In this document: positions 52,872-64,000 of the stretch, piece by piece
Position numbering within the stretch: position 1 is the first letter of the stretch
Layout of the letters: every line of letters starts with the position of its first letter
DNA from: Eledone cirrhosa
Lineage: Eukaryota
Length of the DNA stretch: 64,000 nucleotides
Reading direction: 5' to 3'
Assembly: GCA_964016885.1 (NCBI GenBank)
Contig: OZ024740.1
Coordinates: 328,166,001-328,230,000, forward strand
Position numbers and translations under genes: made by a program
Notes under the pieces: generated by a model
Databases searched by the model: none
What the model was told of the DNA's origin: nothing
Seen by the model: the letters and a program-made list of their open reading frames with translations, nothing else

Positions 52872-53600
52872 CAGGAGAACATGATATGAAGGCTAAAAAA
52901 ACACTTGTTGATAGTGCAGTTTTAAATCAACATATGAAAAGTGGTTTTAGATTGATGTGTGATATTGGGAAAAATATTTTATTTAGAGAGGGGGGGAGAG
53001 AAAAGGATGAAAAGGGAAGGAGATGAGAGGGAGAGATGGGTGATAGAGAGAAAGAGATAGTTTTTATAACAGAGAGGAGATATATTTTATATAGAGGGGT
53101 TGAAAGCCGTTGGAAGATACTGTATAAATTAAAAATTTTTGAAAATTAACGAAGGGAGGATATGTGCGAGGAAAAAATATATTATATTTAGGGAGGGGTG
53201 GGGGTGGAAAGGATGAGAAAAAGGGGAGGAGATGAGAGTGAAGGTGGAAAGGGAGAGATGGGTGATAGAGAGAAAGAGATAGTTTTTATAACTGAGAAAA
53301 AGATATAATGTTTTAATATAGAGAGGTTGGGAACCGTTGGAAGATAATGTATAAATTAAAGGAATTTGAAAATTAACGAAGGGAAATTATGTATGGAGAT
53401 AGAGAGAAAAAAATAACGAAGGGAGATTATGTATGGAGATAGAGAGAAAAAAAAAATAATAATTGTGGGTGAATATTCAAAAGGAGAAATGTAGGAATCT
53501 TAAAATTAGTAAAGAGAAAATGTTTATGTATAGGATTTGAGAAAAATAATGTGAAGTTAAAGTTTTTATATTGAATTCATATGTATTAATAATGAGTTCG

Positions 53601-53930
53601 TCTGGGACGCCAGTCCATCCTCGGAAGAGATAAACAGAGTTAAGAGAGCGTGTTTAGGAGAAAGAAAAAAGGAAGGCAGGCGAATGCATAAAAGATAAAG
53701 GGGGAAAGGTGTATAAAAGAGAGAAATCACTTGTTTTCTGTCAGTTATCTTGACTAATGAAAAACCAGAACGACGCTAGATTGTTAGAGAGTTACTAAAG
53801 AAGAGATGAGCATCGATGGAGGTAAAACATTTGTATGTGTGTTTCTATAGTGGTCAGTGTATATAAATCGGGTAAATTACCCCAATAGATTCGGGGTTTG
53901 ATTCTTCGAAGACGCCTTTATTCGCTTTTT
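53601..53930 (+). repeat. 330-bp direct duplication, copy inside the family D element
   Basis: No difference noticed from 54507-54836. Confidence 0.93.
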
Positions 53931-53962
53931 TTTTTTTTTAGCCTTCATATCATGTTCTCCTG

Positions 53963-54029
53963 TTTTATCTGATGAAAACACAAATATTATTGTTTGATGA
54001 TGTTTGTTTTTGAAATGCGCATAATAAAA
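53963..54029 (+). ncRNA. Minimal type I hammerhead ribozyme
   Basis: ttttat CTGATGA stem II GAAA t-gcgc-a TA ataaaa. Confidence 0.85.
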
Positions 54030-54155
54030 TATATTGAACTCCTTTAACCATCTTTTGATCTTATATTATGCATACTCCAGTCCCACAAACTGTAGAGTGC
54101 TTCTTATCCGATATCTGCATTGCTTTATTGTACTACAATAAAACTCACCTCCTAC

Positions 54156-54192
<37 letters not shown>

Positions 54193-54194
<2 letters not shown>

Positions 54195-54309
54195 TGGTTA
54201 CACAACAGTTAGTTCACCATACCGAGAATAATTGTTTCACCTTAGCGGATCCTCAGCTCGTAATGGATATGGTTATACGGATAACCATGTCCATTACGAG
54301 TTCTACCAA
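54193..54309 (-). mobile_element. Family C arm lacking the tail, with a 5' snap-back hairpin (54257-54300), in (TA)n
   Basis: Reverse complement matches 9776-9838; hairpin ctcgtaatggatatggttat-acgg-ataaccatgtccattacgag. Confidence 0.75.
54223..54260 (-). ncRNA. Minimal type I hammerhead ribozyme
   Basis: Reverse complement reads cgag CTGAGGA tcc-gctaa-ggt GAAA c-aatt-a TT ctcg. Confidence 0.7.
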
Positions 54310-54506
54310 TATATATATATAGTTCTACCAATATATATATATATATATATATATAATATACTCTTTTACTCTTAACTGTTCCAGCCATCCGGCTGTGTGT
54401 GTATATATCACACATAAGAAAATCAGAAAAGGAAACCCAGGAAAACAATGCAATACTATGATGGTATAGCTGATTAAAGCTTGACAGTTGGAAAACCGAT
54501 TTAACC

Positions 54507-54836
54507 TCTGGGACGCCAGTCCATCCTCGGAAGAGATAAACAGAGTTAAGAGAGCGTGTTTAGGAGAAAGAAAAAAGGAAGGCAGGCGAATGCATAAAAG
54601 ATAAAGGGGGAAAGGTGTATAAAAGAGAGAAATCACTTGTTTTCTGTCAGTTATCTTGACTAATGAAAAACCAGAACGACGCTAGATTGTTAGAGAGTTA
54701 CTAAAGAAGAGATGAGCATCGATGGAGGTAAAACATTTGTATGTGTGTTTCTATAGTGGTCAGTGTATATAAATCGGGTAAATTACCCCAATAGATTCGG
54801 GGTTTGATTCTTCGAAGACGCCTTTATTCGCTTTTT
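54507..54836 (+). repeat. 330-bp direct duplication, flanking copy
   Basis: Matches 53601-53930. Confidence 0.93.
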
Positions 54837-55238
54837 CCCGTCCCCAGGGGTACTTAAACAGACGTTTTTGGCTATCATTTATTATGATAATCTATTATCA
54901 TAGTCGTCTGTGTTAGGAAGACTACATTTCAAAGTTCAAATTTCCCCAATGCTTCTTAAGTCAACTAGATGTCTACACTTCTAAAAGACGTCAATCAGTG
55001 GCTAAGGACTCCTCAGCATAGTAGTTTAACGCAGTTGCCAGGCATCCGAGAAATGCATGGTTCTATTTCTAATAGTAGCATTTGTCCACTTTTTCCCATC
55101 CCCAGGGTTACGTTATTCAATTTTTTCAACTATTATTTATAGTGATCGGCCAATATTATAGTTTGGGAAGAGTACTTTTCAAATTTCATTTTTTCCAATG
55201 CTTATTAAGTCAACCTGATGTATATATATATATATATC

Positions 55239-55296
<58 letters not shown>

Positions 55297-57280
55297 CATA
55301 CTAGAAGTGGGTGCAGTACATAATTTGGAATGTGCCTAAGAAAATATGAAATGAGTAATTTTGCAAATTTATAGGGATGCATGTGATAACAGTAAACAAT
55401 ATTAATTAACCAGCAAGTAGTTTCATATTCTATTGTCGACGTAATTCTATAGTGGTTCTAAATACAGGTGTCTTAGATGAAAATGTATAGCTTTCGGATG
55501 ATGTTGGGATAGACAAAAAATCAAACAAAAAAGCAAAAACAACCAGCGTTTAATGCATAGGATGCAACACAGTGTATCAATAAAGGAAAAAGGCACTATT
55601 AGGTCAACGAAAAATTTCCTTGACTAGCATTTGGTGCTTGTCATGGAATTTTCCTGGGAGAATACAAAGGGTTTTCCCATTGCATTCCTTGGTCTTTTTT
55701 TTTTTTTTTTTTTTACAAAATAAATATTTTGTCGGCTATAGTCAATTGTTTGAGGTGGGATACATATGAACTGTCAGTCTGGAGCATGTAGAGATACAGT
55801 CTGTCGGTGGCACATAAAAACACAGTTGGAGGAACAGTCCACTTAGAGGAACAGTCAAAATGTGGCACGTCGATGAACAGTCGGTCGGTGGCTCGTAGAT
55901 GCACAATCGAGGGCATGCTGAGGATCAGTTGATACTTGTAGAGTCCCAGTTACGGACACAACATAAGACAGTTCATGTTGCCTCTATACACTCCTGAGTG
56001 CCCAAAATGATAAAAGAAAAATGAACAAATATGAATATTAAATTCTAGTTTTTTTTTTCTCCCCCTAAATCCCCTTTCTTTTTTCTATATAACTTTTCTA
56101 ATCCTTTTTCTTCCTTCGTGCAGCAACCGAGGGCTAGGTTAAGATATATCGTTCGACGAGCTGGAATATAATTGACTTATTCACACATGTTTACCTCAGT
56201 ATATTACTGGTATCTAGTCATCTGTTAGTGGAAACATATAAAATTAAATTCAAAATGAACTCAGCCGAATTCCGATGAGATTTCTAGACAGTTATTTTCA
56301 TGAATGTGTTTCCCATATGGGATATAAATGAGACAACTCGTGTCACTTAACGACGTATGATACTAATTAACACTTAGATATTACAAACATCTTGTTTAAT
56401 TATTACACTTGATTATAATTTTAATTTAGACTTATGAGTGACATCAGAAATGATAATATCTCGATAATATCTCACCTAATTAAAAGTAGAGATAAAAGTG
56501 GATTTAATTAGCAATTAGGAGTTTGACATATGACTGTTACGAGATGTAAAAATATTTTGGTACATGTGTTTTGTTGAGTGTGTAACTAGCCGTAATAGTG
56601 GGGGAGGAGCCAGATAATACTGCTGCTGCTGTTTTGTCGAACGAGGTTAGCCTTCACCCAGAGGATCTAAGAGCAAAAACATTTAAGTCGTGGCTATTCC
56701 ATTTCTGTTCTTTTTTGTTTTCAGACAAAATGTATCAAGTACTACATTATCCTACTTTTCGTATAATTTTTTCTGACGATGACAAGATATGATTTATGGA
56801 TGATTTGGCTGCTATTTTTAGTTCCTTAGTTCCTTAAGTAAAATGCGATAAATTATGGAAGCGGTAATAGCTAGTTCGCTCTCAGTTCATCAATGGTACT
56901 TTATTTCATCGACTCCAAAAGGACGGATGGTAAATTTGACTTCGAGGGAAAATGATAAAAAAGTACCAGTCAAATCAAGTACCGAGATCGATATAAACGA
57001 ATGTACACTTCCCTGAAAATTTCAGACTTTGTACTTATGTTAAAAATCAATAATAATTCAAATCATAGGAACAATGTTACAAATAAGTTTATCGGAAGGG
57101 AGTGTAGTATATTACAACGGTCACAATACTTGTAGATGTTATTTATTTTATTGACTGCGGAAAGATGAAAAGCAAAATAAACTCTGGAGATAAAGGAGAC
57201 AAATTAGCTATCCATCGATCTTGGGTCTAAGTTACTCATATACTTAGGGTCCACGAGAAGAAGTTTAAAATATAGAACAA

Positions 57281-57473
57281 TAATTGTTTCTACTTTTGGC
57301 ACAAGGCCAGCAATTATCACAGCGTATTACTGCTACTTTATTTTATCGACCCCGTAAGGATGAAAGGCAAAGTTAACCTCGGCGGGATTTGAACTCAGAA
57401 TAGCAAGGGCCGTAACTCTATGCGTCAAAGCATGGCGTACGATCCTCTACCGATACTTCCAATCCACCGCCCT
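57281..57473 (-). mobile_element. SINE family 1, full length
   Basis: Reverse consensus; TSD tagaacaataat at 57273 and 57475. Confidence 0.92.
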
Positions 57474-58419
57474 TTAGAACAATAATGCTTTCAAGCCACA
57501 GTTGAGGGAGCTGAGATTTATTTAAACTTTTTTTTAAGGAAGCGTCAGATATGTACGAACTCCTACTTGAATCTTAGGTTCGCCATCTTATAGGCCCTAA
57601 ATATACTCTATAACAGAGGACTCAAAATTCTGTGTCACAACACTTTAGTTTATCGCCTATAATCTTTGTATCATATCACGAGATTAAGTTAAATCTGGTC
57701 AGGTTTTATGGTCAGTAGTCATAATGTCTCACTTGGTCTGAAACCATTAACTAGCTCTTAGGCGCATCTAATAGAGATCACTCTATTGTTAGTATTACGA
57801 CCATGTCTCCAGTTAAAGGATAATACTCTTACTAACACTAATCTCGGAGGCGTTAGAAATATTAACGGTTATGGCTGAAGCCCTTCTCTCCTTCATTTAA
57901 TGCAAATATAAAAATAAAAGAAACAACGCTTTATGAGCAGTTTGCTGTAATGTATATTTAAAACTTGACAAAACTGTGTACAAGTAGACATATGACGAGA
58001 GGCACGTGATATAATATTTAAATATTTATCAATTAATATCGTTAATTTCGTGTCGCGCAAAAGATTTCTGTGTCACAAAACATTTTACTTTAAAAATAAT
58101 GTGTCACTAATGTCAAAGGCTTAGAAAGCTCTGCTTTATACTCCCTACAAGACCGCCCTAACGCAAACGACAATGGCAGCTAGAACGAAAGAACTTATCA
58201 TGGGTTCAGACGGATTTATTTTATCAATATCAATGTCAGTAGAGATTAGTCATATGTATCAGAATCCAATGAAACTCCATTTACAAATATATAACAAAGA
58301 ATTTCTTCCATACCACGTCTCCCTCGCCGCACACATAAATATATACACACTCCCACACACACGCTTATAAATATATATATATATATATATATAAAATAAT
58401 GGTATTTGCGAACAATTTA

Positions 58420-58494
<75 letters not shown>

Positions 58495-58574
58495 ATGTAA
58501 TTTCTGCACTTCGGCAAGAAACCCGATCAGCTTTCTAATTTTCTCGCTTTCTCTATTTCTTTTTTGTACGAAAG

Positions 58575-58800
58575 CCCTTGTGGTTAGAAGGCTGGTCTCG
58601 TGATTGTAAAGTCATGAGTTCAATCCCCGTTCCAGACGAAGTTTTCAGTAAGGTACTTCGTTTGACGTTGTTTTATTTTACTCAGCTGAAAATGAGTAAT
58701 AACAGCAACTGGAGGAAAATCTTGAGACCGACTGGTGTCTCCTCTTAAAGGAAGACTTGTACACTCAGTCGCTTAACGCCACATGAAACCACATCGAGTT
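58575..58800 (+). mobile_element. Degenerate SINE family 2-like copy
   Basis: gtggttagaagg...gagttcaatccc head; actcagctgaaaatgagta motif. Confidence 0.6.
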
Positions 58801-58822
58801 CTTGCTTGATGAGGGTCTAGAC

Positions 58823-59162
58823 CAGAGGTTCTCAAACTTTTTGGACCACCACCCCTCTTACGGCCACGTACTACTTCCAGTTCCCACCAAACCCATTTCC
58901 AGAGAAACCTGGCTACACGCAAATTGTAAATAATATATAATAAATAAAAGCGTTAATTTATATATAATAAATAATATAATATATTATATGCATAAAGAAA
59001 TATATATATTTTTTATGTCTATGTTTATATATAATATGTATCATTTGATATTTAATATACTATTATATGATTCCTACCTTCCCCACCACCCCATTAGGCC
59101 CCAGCGCCCCCTGGACGTTCTCAACGCCTCCAGGGCGGTAGTTCCCACATTGAGAATCTCTG
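58823..59162. mobile_element. hAT-Charlie-type MITE
   Basis: TIRs cagaggttctcaa / ttgagaatctctg; 8-bp TSD gtctagac / gtctagtc (NTCTAGAN target). Confidence 0.85.
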
Positions 59163-59548
59163 GTCTAGTCTAAGGAAAGACTTTAAACTTTAAAACAATC
59201 ACAAGAAAACGGGATAGTGGTGATTGGATTGGCTTCGATCATAAGTCTACTCGAGCAGGGCTGATCTGGGTCTAAATAAAAAAATGAAGAGTTGGAATTC
59301 AGTACCTCACCGGCTTCAGCTTGTCATGAGAAGACAGGACAACGAGAGGGCTTCTATACTGTCGCGCAACCAAAAATCTCTTGAAGCAGCCAAAAAATCT
59401 CTTGAATTACATCCTACTGTCTTAAAAAAAAAAGTAAATCATAGATATATTGTAAGACGGCGAATTGGCAGAATCATTAGAGTTACTATGCTACTTGCCA
59501 ATTTTGTGAAATTTTTGGCTGATGATTTTAACATTTTTCGTTTCACAG

Positions 59549-59596
59549 TTGACAGAAATATGTCTGTGAATACGGAAGTCTACGAGGAAACACGAA
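59549..59596 (+). CDS. Candidate 48-nt exon (phase 1-1) of an unidentified host gene
   Basis: Acceptor tttttcgtttcacag, donor GAA|gtaagt, frame-preserving length; reads DRNMSVNTEVYEETR. Confidence 0.45.
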
Positions 59597-59644
59597 GTAA
59601 GTGTAGCATTGCCTGCATAGAATAGAAACATGTGACTACAAATA

Positions 59645-59722
59645 CAGGATGCCCCTCAAAAATGTATGCACACTTCAACAGTATTCTAATAAATATATGT
59701 ATACATTTTTTTGGACACTCTG
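59645..59722. mobile_element. Tiny Tc1/mariner-type MITE
   Basis: ta|caggatgcccctcaaaaatgtat ... atacattttttggacactctg|ta. Confidence 0.6.
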
Positions 59723-59965
59723 TAGATGCCCCCTACTCTCCTCCGCATTAAAAAAATCTGAGAAAATGAGAAGTTACAAATTGTGTTTGCTCGGATGGTG
59801 TGAACCTGTGTGGTAAATTTGATTACATAACGAAGATTAACCGAACCGCGTCAGAGCTGCAGTATGGAAGATGTCATCTAATAAAAGGCTCGTAGAAACC
59901 ACGGGAGATGGAGATTTACTTAACAGATCTCAGATTAGTGTTAAAATGAAGCTATATTTATATTT

Positions 59966-60003
<38 letters not shown>

Positions 60004-60687
60004 GGTGCTGTTTTCTTAGTTAACTAATCATCATGTAATGATTTAGCAGAAAATATGTAAAAAACAAACAAACAGGTTTGTTAATTTAAATGTTTCTAGT
60101 ATATTGGCTGGTGGACAGATTCCTTGTGAACATTTTCATAAATAAAGACTTGAAGTTTTGATGTGATCCAGTGTTAGAGCTGTTTTGTATGTTTCAAGAA
60201 TGTCTTGCTAATCTGGTTTCATGCGGTACAAGGCGATGAGAGCTGTCAACACATTTGGGAGCATTGTGGTATTGATTACGTATTTTATTAGTACATCCTC
60301 CACCAGCACCAACACCACCATCATCACCTTTGGATCTGTCATTGTGGTTTAGGGAAGTCAATTCGACTACTGAGTTATATGGTACAAATGGTGTTAGTGA
60401 TGATGATAGTGGTATTTCACGGTATTTCGCCAGGCAAACGCCACCACCACAACCGCCACTACCACCTCCATATATTTGTTTTCCAACGCCAAGTACCTAC
60501 TGATCCAATACTACTTCTGATACTGGCATTGCTGCTGTGTCTAGAGCATCTCTCAACAAATACTTCCTACTGAAAGGCAGGGAACATTGGAGTATGTTGG
60601 TCACCAATAAGCTATATTTGACAAAAATAAAATGAAACGAGGAATATTCATGGTAAGATTGTCTTTTATCAACGGTATATTATATCA

Positions 60688-60840
60688 GGAGGCAGCGAAT
60701 TGGCAGAAAGATTCGGAAAGAATGTTTTGCGATATTCGTTTTTGCTCCCTTCTCTCTGAGTTTAAACCCGTCGAGCTCAACTTTGCCTTTCACCCATTCA
60801 AGGTAGATAAAAAGTAGCAGTCTAGTACTGGGGTCGATTC
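60688..60840 (+). mobile_element. Degenerate SINE family 1 relative
   Basis: ggcagcgaattggcaga head; caactttgcctttcacccattcaaggtagataaa. Confidence 0.65.
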
Positions 60841-62016
60841 CTCCTCTATATTTCTTTCTCACTTCCATTCTACAACTCTCTATTCTTCTTTGGAAGAAAT
60901 CTGCTGTATGCAGGCTTGGAGAAGAGGATAGGCTCCGACAGAATAAAAAAAAAAAACCCTCGGAATGTTGTATGTCAATACAGTTCCCCTTACATCTCCT
61001 TCGGTAGTTACGGGTTTAAACATGCATATCATACCAGGAGTGACTTGGTGGTTAAACAACAATGGCGTATTTATTCCAACTTCTGAGTTCAAATCTTGCA
61101 GAAACATTTTTTTGTTTTTCATTCGATCGTTATAGCACTGTTCAGGATGCCTTACATTATTTGTTACGGTTCTTCAAGTTTGAGTTCAAATAACATTGAA
61201 GACAACTTTGTCTTTCATTCAATCGATAGAGCGCTGGACAGGATGATTTGCAGTTGTTCAGATGTTTTGCATTCTGAATTCAAAACCCACCGTGGCTTAC
61301 TTGGGTAGTTGATATAACCAGCTTTTAGCTTTAACAACCTCAACTGCCTTTTTGGTATTGTTTGAGGAGTCCAATCTATTGAAACCGTTCGGTCTATGTC
61401 CGAATATTTCTCTAAAATACCACTGCAACACTATCCTAAAAGACATTATCTTCCCCCACTTAATGCAGACAAGAAGTAGCCTAACTAATGTTACTCTATT
61501 CTAAGCAATGTGCCGAGGTGGGTCCTAACAGAAATAAGTAGAGAGCAACATCAAATGTCATTCTCTAATTGAATCGATCATGCCCATTTCCAATGTGGCT
61601 ATCACCAGAACGAACTTAGAACTTAATGAAGGCACCACTACGTAGTCACTCCATCTGCTCGAATTAGTAGCTAAAAATCTTTCAAATCTTACAAAAAGTC
61701 GAAATGTTCATTATTGTAATGCGTTTGCTCTTATGCTAAGACAATCAAGATAGACCTAGGGCTAAAGAACAACAAGAACAGTAATATAGAGAGTATTGTA
61801 TCTTTTTGTGCACAATATCTACCAATCTGTATTTGTACATGTCTACTCTATCAGGATTGACCTTGGGTAGAAGATGAGGCACACACAATTCCTATAGTGA
61901 CGACGACGACTACTACTACTACTACGTGTCGATCGAATCGAAACGGCTGGCGGAGGGCGATTCAGCCTCGAGCACACAGAAAATTCAAAACGACTAAAGT
62001 TCGGTCAACGGTGGGC

Positions 62017-62094
<78 letters not shown>

Positions 62095-63263
62095 GATCAT
62101 ACCTTTTAATGGACATTCATTCCTCAAGCTAGCATCAACTGGGAATTGAAACTATCCTCATATTAGCGTGCCAAAATATTGGATATTGGTATCCCTTTCA
62201 CAATGCATGAAGATCCTATAATTTAGGGTGTATGGGGAGTGAAAAATGTGTGGGTTCATGCAGTGACATAGTTACGTTGTACCATCAGGGGGTGGTCCTT
62301 GTTTTTACCCCTCACTCTATTTACAAAAACCAGCATAATACGCACCAAATGTGCCAAGCAATGTCACCCAGAGAAGACCGCCAACCTTCCTACTCCTACT
62401 GGGTTTGCTTTGCTTGAATTTGCTTGAATTTGCTTGAATCAAATGTTTTTAAATGATGATTGACCCCCCCTCCCCCCATCACAGGCTCTCCGTGTGCCAG
62501 GAACTTTATTAAAGGTTCTACCAATCTCACCGACATGAAAACTTCATACACACTCTCGGGTCTCGAATAATCATCCCGCCTTGCTTAATAATTTTTTCAG
62601 ATTCTTTCCCCTGTTTATTAAATTTTGCTAATCTATCAATCTATCTCCGGCGAATTTTATTTTAATTGGGAGTATTCCTGCGACCATTAATTTTCTTTAT
62701 ACGTTAAAAAACATTATACATGAGAAAATCGTACATTACTAGAAATCCCATACATTATGAAATAAATAGGATGGGTTGGGGGTCTCAATATGTAAACTAA
62801 ACGACTAATTCTGTTTTCTAAAAAAATCGCCGGAGACAACATAGGAAAATTACGGACCCCGCTCCCTCGCATATTCCAACTCCCCCACTTATTCCACACA
62901 ACCCTATTATTTGGGACGCGAGACTACATACATATACACGCGTGCGCAAAGACGCACGAACAAAACATAGAGACACACGCTTACAGCCACCATCTGCATC
63001 AGCTTTTCGTATGCCTAATATTACATATCTCTTATGACAAACTTCTATATACAAAGCTCATAAACAGTAAAATTGTAGTTTCTCCATCTACTAGAAATAG
63101 CCGCAATAGAAAAACATAGAACACGTTTGATCATACGTCTGCTGGAACATCAAACGCCAGTCATTCATTCATGTAAAATGTTATCCACATATGTTGAAAT
63201 GAAAACATACCCATGTGTGGATGTGTGAGCGTGCGCTGCACACACAGCAGCACACTATGTACG

Positions 63264-63295
<32 letters not shown>

Positions 63296-64000
63296 TGTGT
63301 GTGTGTGTGTGTGTGTGTGTGTATTCCACTCTCATCTTCATTAAGGTGAGAGAAGCTCTATGCCCACTAAAATCCTCACTACATCATTAGTTTAAAAGAG
63401 GGGATTAATTAAAGTCGACAGTTAAAGTTAGTAGAGCAAAACACACATCTACTTGGATATGCGCTACAATTTATGTAAATATTATATTTATCACATATCG
63501 AAGTTTTCTGACCATTTTAGAGTGCAAAGAGCTAAACTAATCACTACAACTAAATTGATCAAATTTGCCCCCACCTCCCACCCCATCAATTCAGAAATGC
63601 TTCCACCGCTCCTCGAAACTGGTGGAGGATCTATTTGGCTTGAGTAGAAGTCACCTGGCTAAGGTGCCACATAGCGGGATCGAACCCGAAAAAATGAAGC
63701 GAACTTCTTAATCACACAATCTTACCTAGGACAAAGAGCTTTGCTCAATACACCACAATTTCCTCATCTTCTTCTCCCTCCCTCGTGGCACACTGGATAA
63801 CACAGCATTTTTCCATTTTGTGAGAGTGGTTTTTATGAACGGATTTACTATCGCACCTTCTCTCTATCCCACTCACACACACACACACGCGCGCCCTCTC
63901 CTCCACCCCTACTTAGACATCTGAAGGGACTTGACTTATCACTAGCACTTGAAACACTCAACGCATTTGTTGTGTTTGTGTATGCACCCAAGCATGTGTG

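Larger units (their letters stand above)
52765..54156 (+). mobile_element. Family D element: inverted arms 52765-52901 / 53933-54069, about 1 kb interior, tail 54070-54156
   Basis: Arms and tail nearly identical to 25533-25943; TA tracts on both sides. Confidence 0.85.

Overview
AT-rich, microsatellite-dense eukaryotic non-coding DNA. The repeat content suggests an Octopus-type cephalopod genome (inference). There is no intact protein-coding gene. Nearly all ORFs in the track are microsatellite translations, and only a few short candidate exons are visible. The window holds decayed LINEs (RTE, R4/Dong-like, REL-type, possibly Tx1), two tRNA-derived SINE families, hAT and Tc1/mariner MITEs and a mariner transposase relic. 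The main signal is a set of short non-coding elements from several unrelated sequence families, inserted in or next to (TA)n tracts. They carry minimal type I hammerhead ribozymes (15 cores counted by eye, two of them degenerate, mostly with palindromic loop 3). Most are built as a long fold-back palindrome plus a unique 55-100 nt 3' tail, which is the architecture of Penelope-like pseudo-LTRs and retrozymes. Across these families the tail begins with a covarying bulged stem-loop (ACTC-stem-loop-stem-TN-GAGT), and the inverted arm repeatedly stops a few nt 5' of it. That suggests a cis signal fixing an internal reverse-transcription start. One copy (40563-40911) has the terminal direct repeat expected of a circular-RNA retrozyme. 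All structures were read by eye and none was computed.
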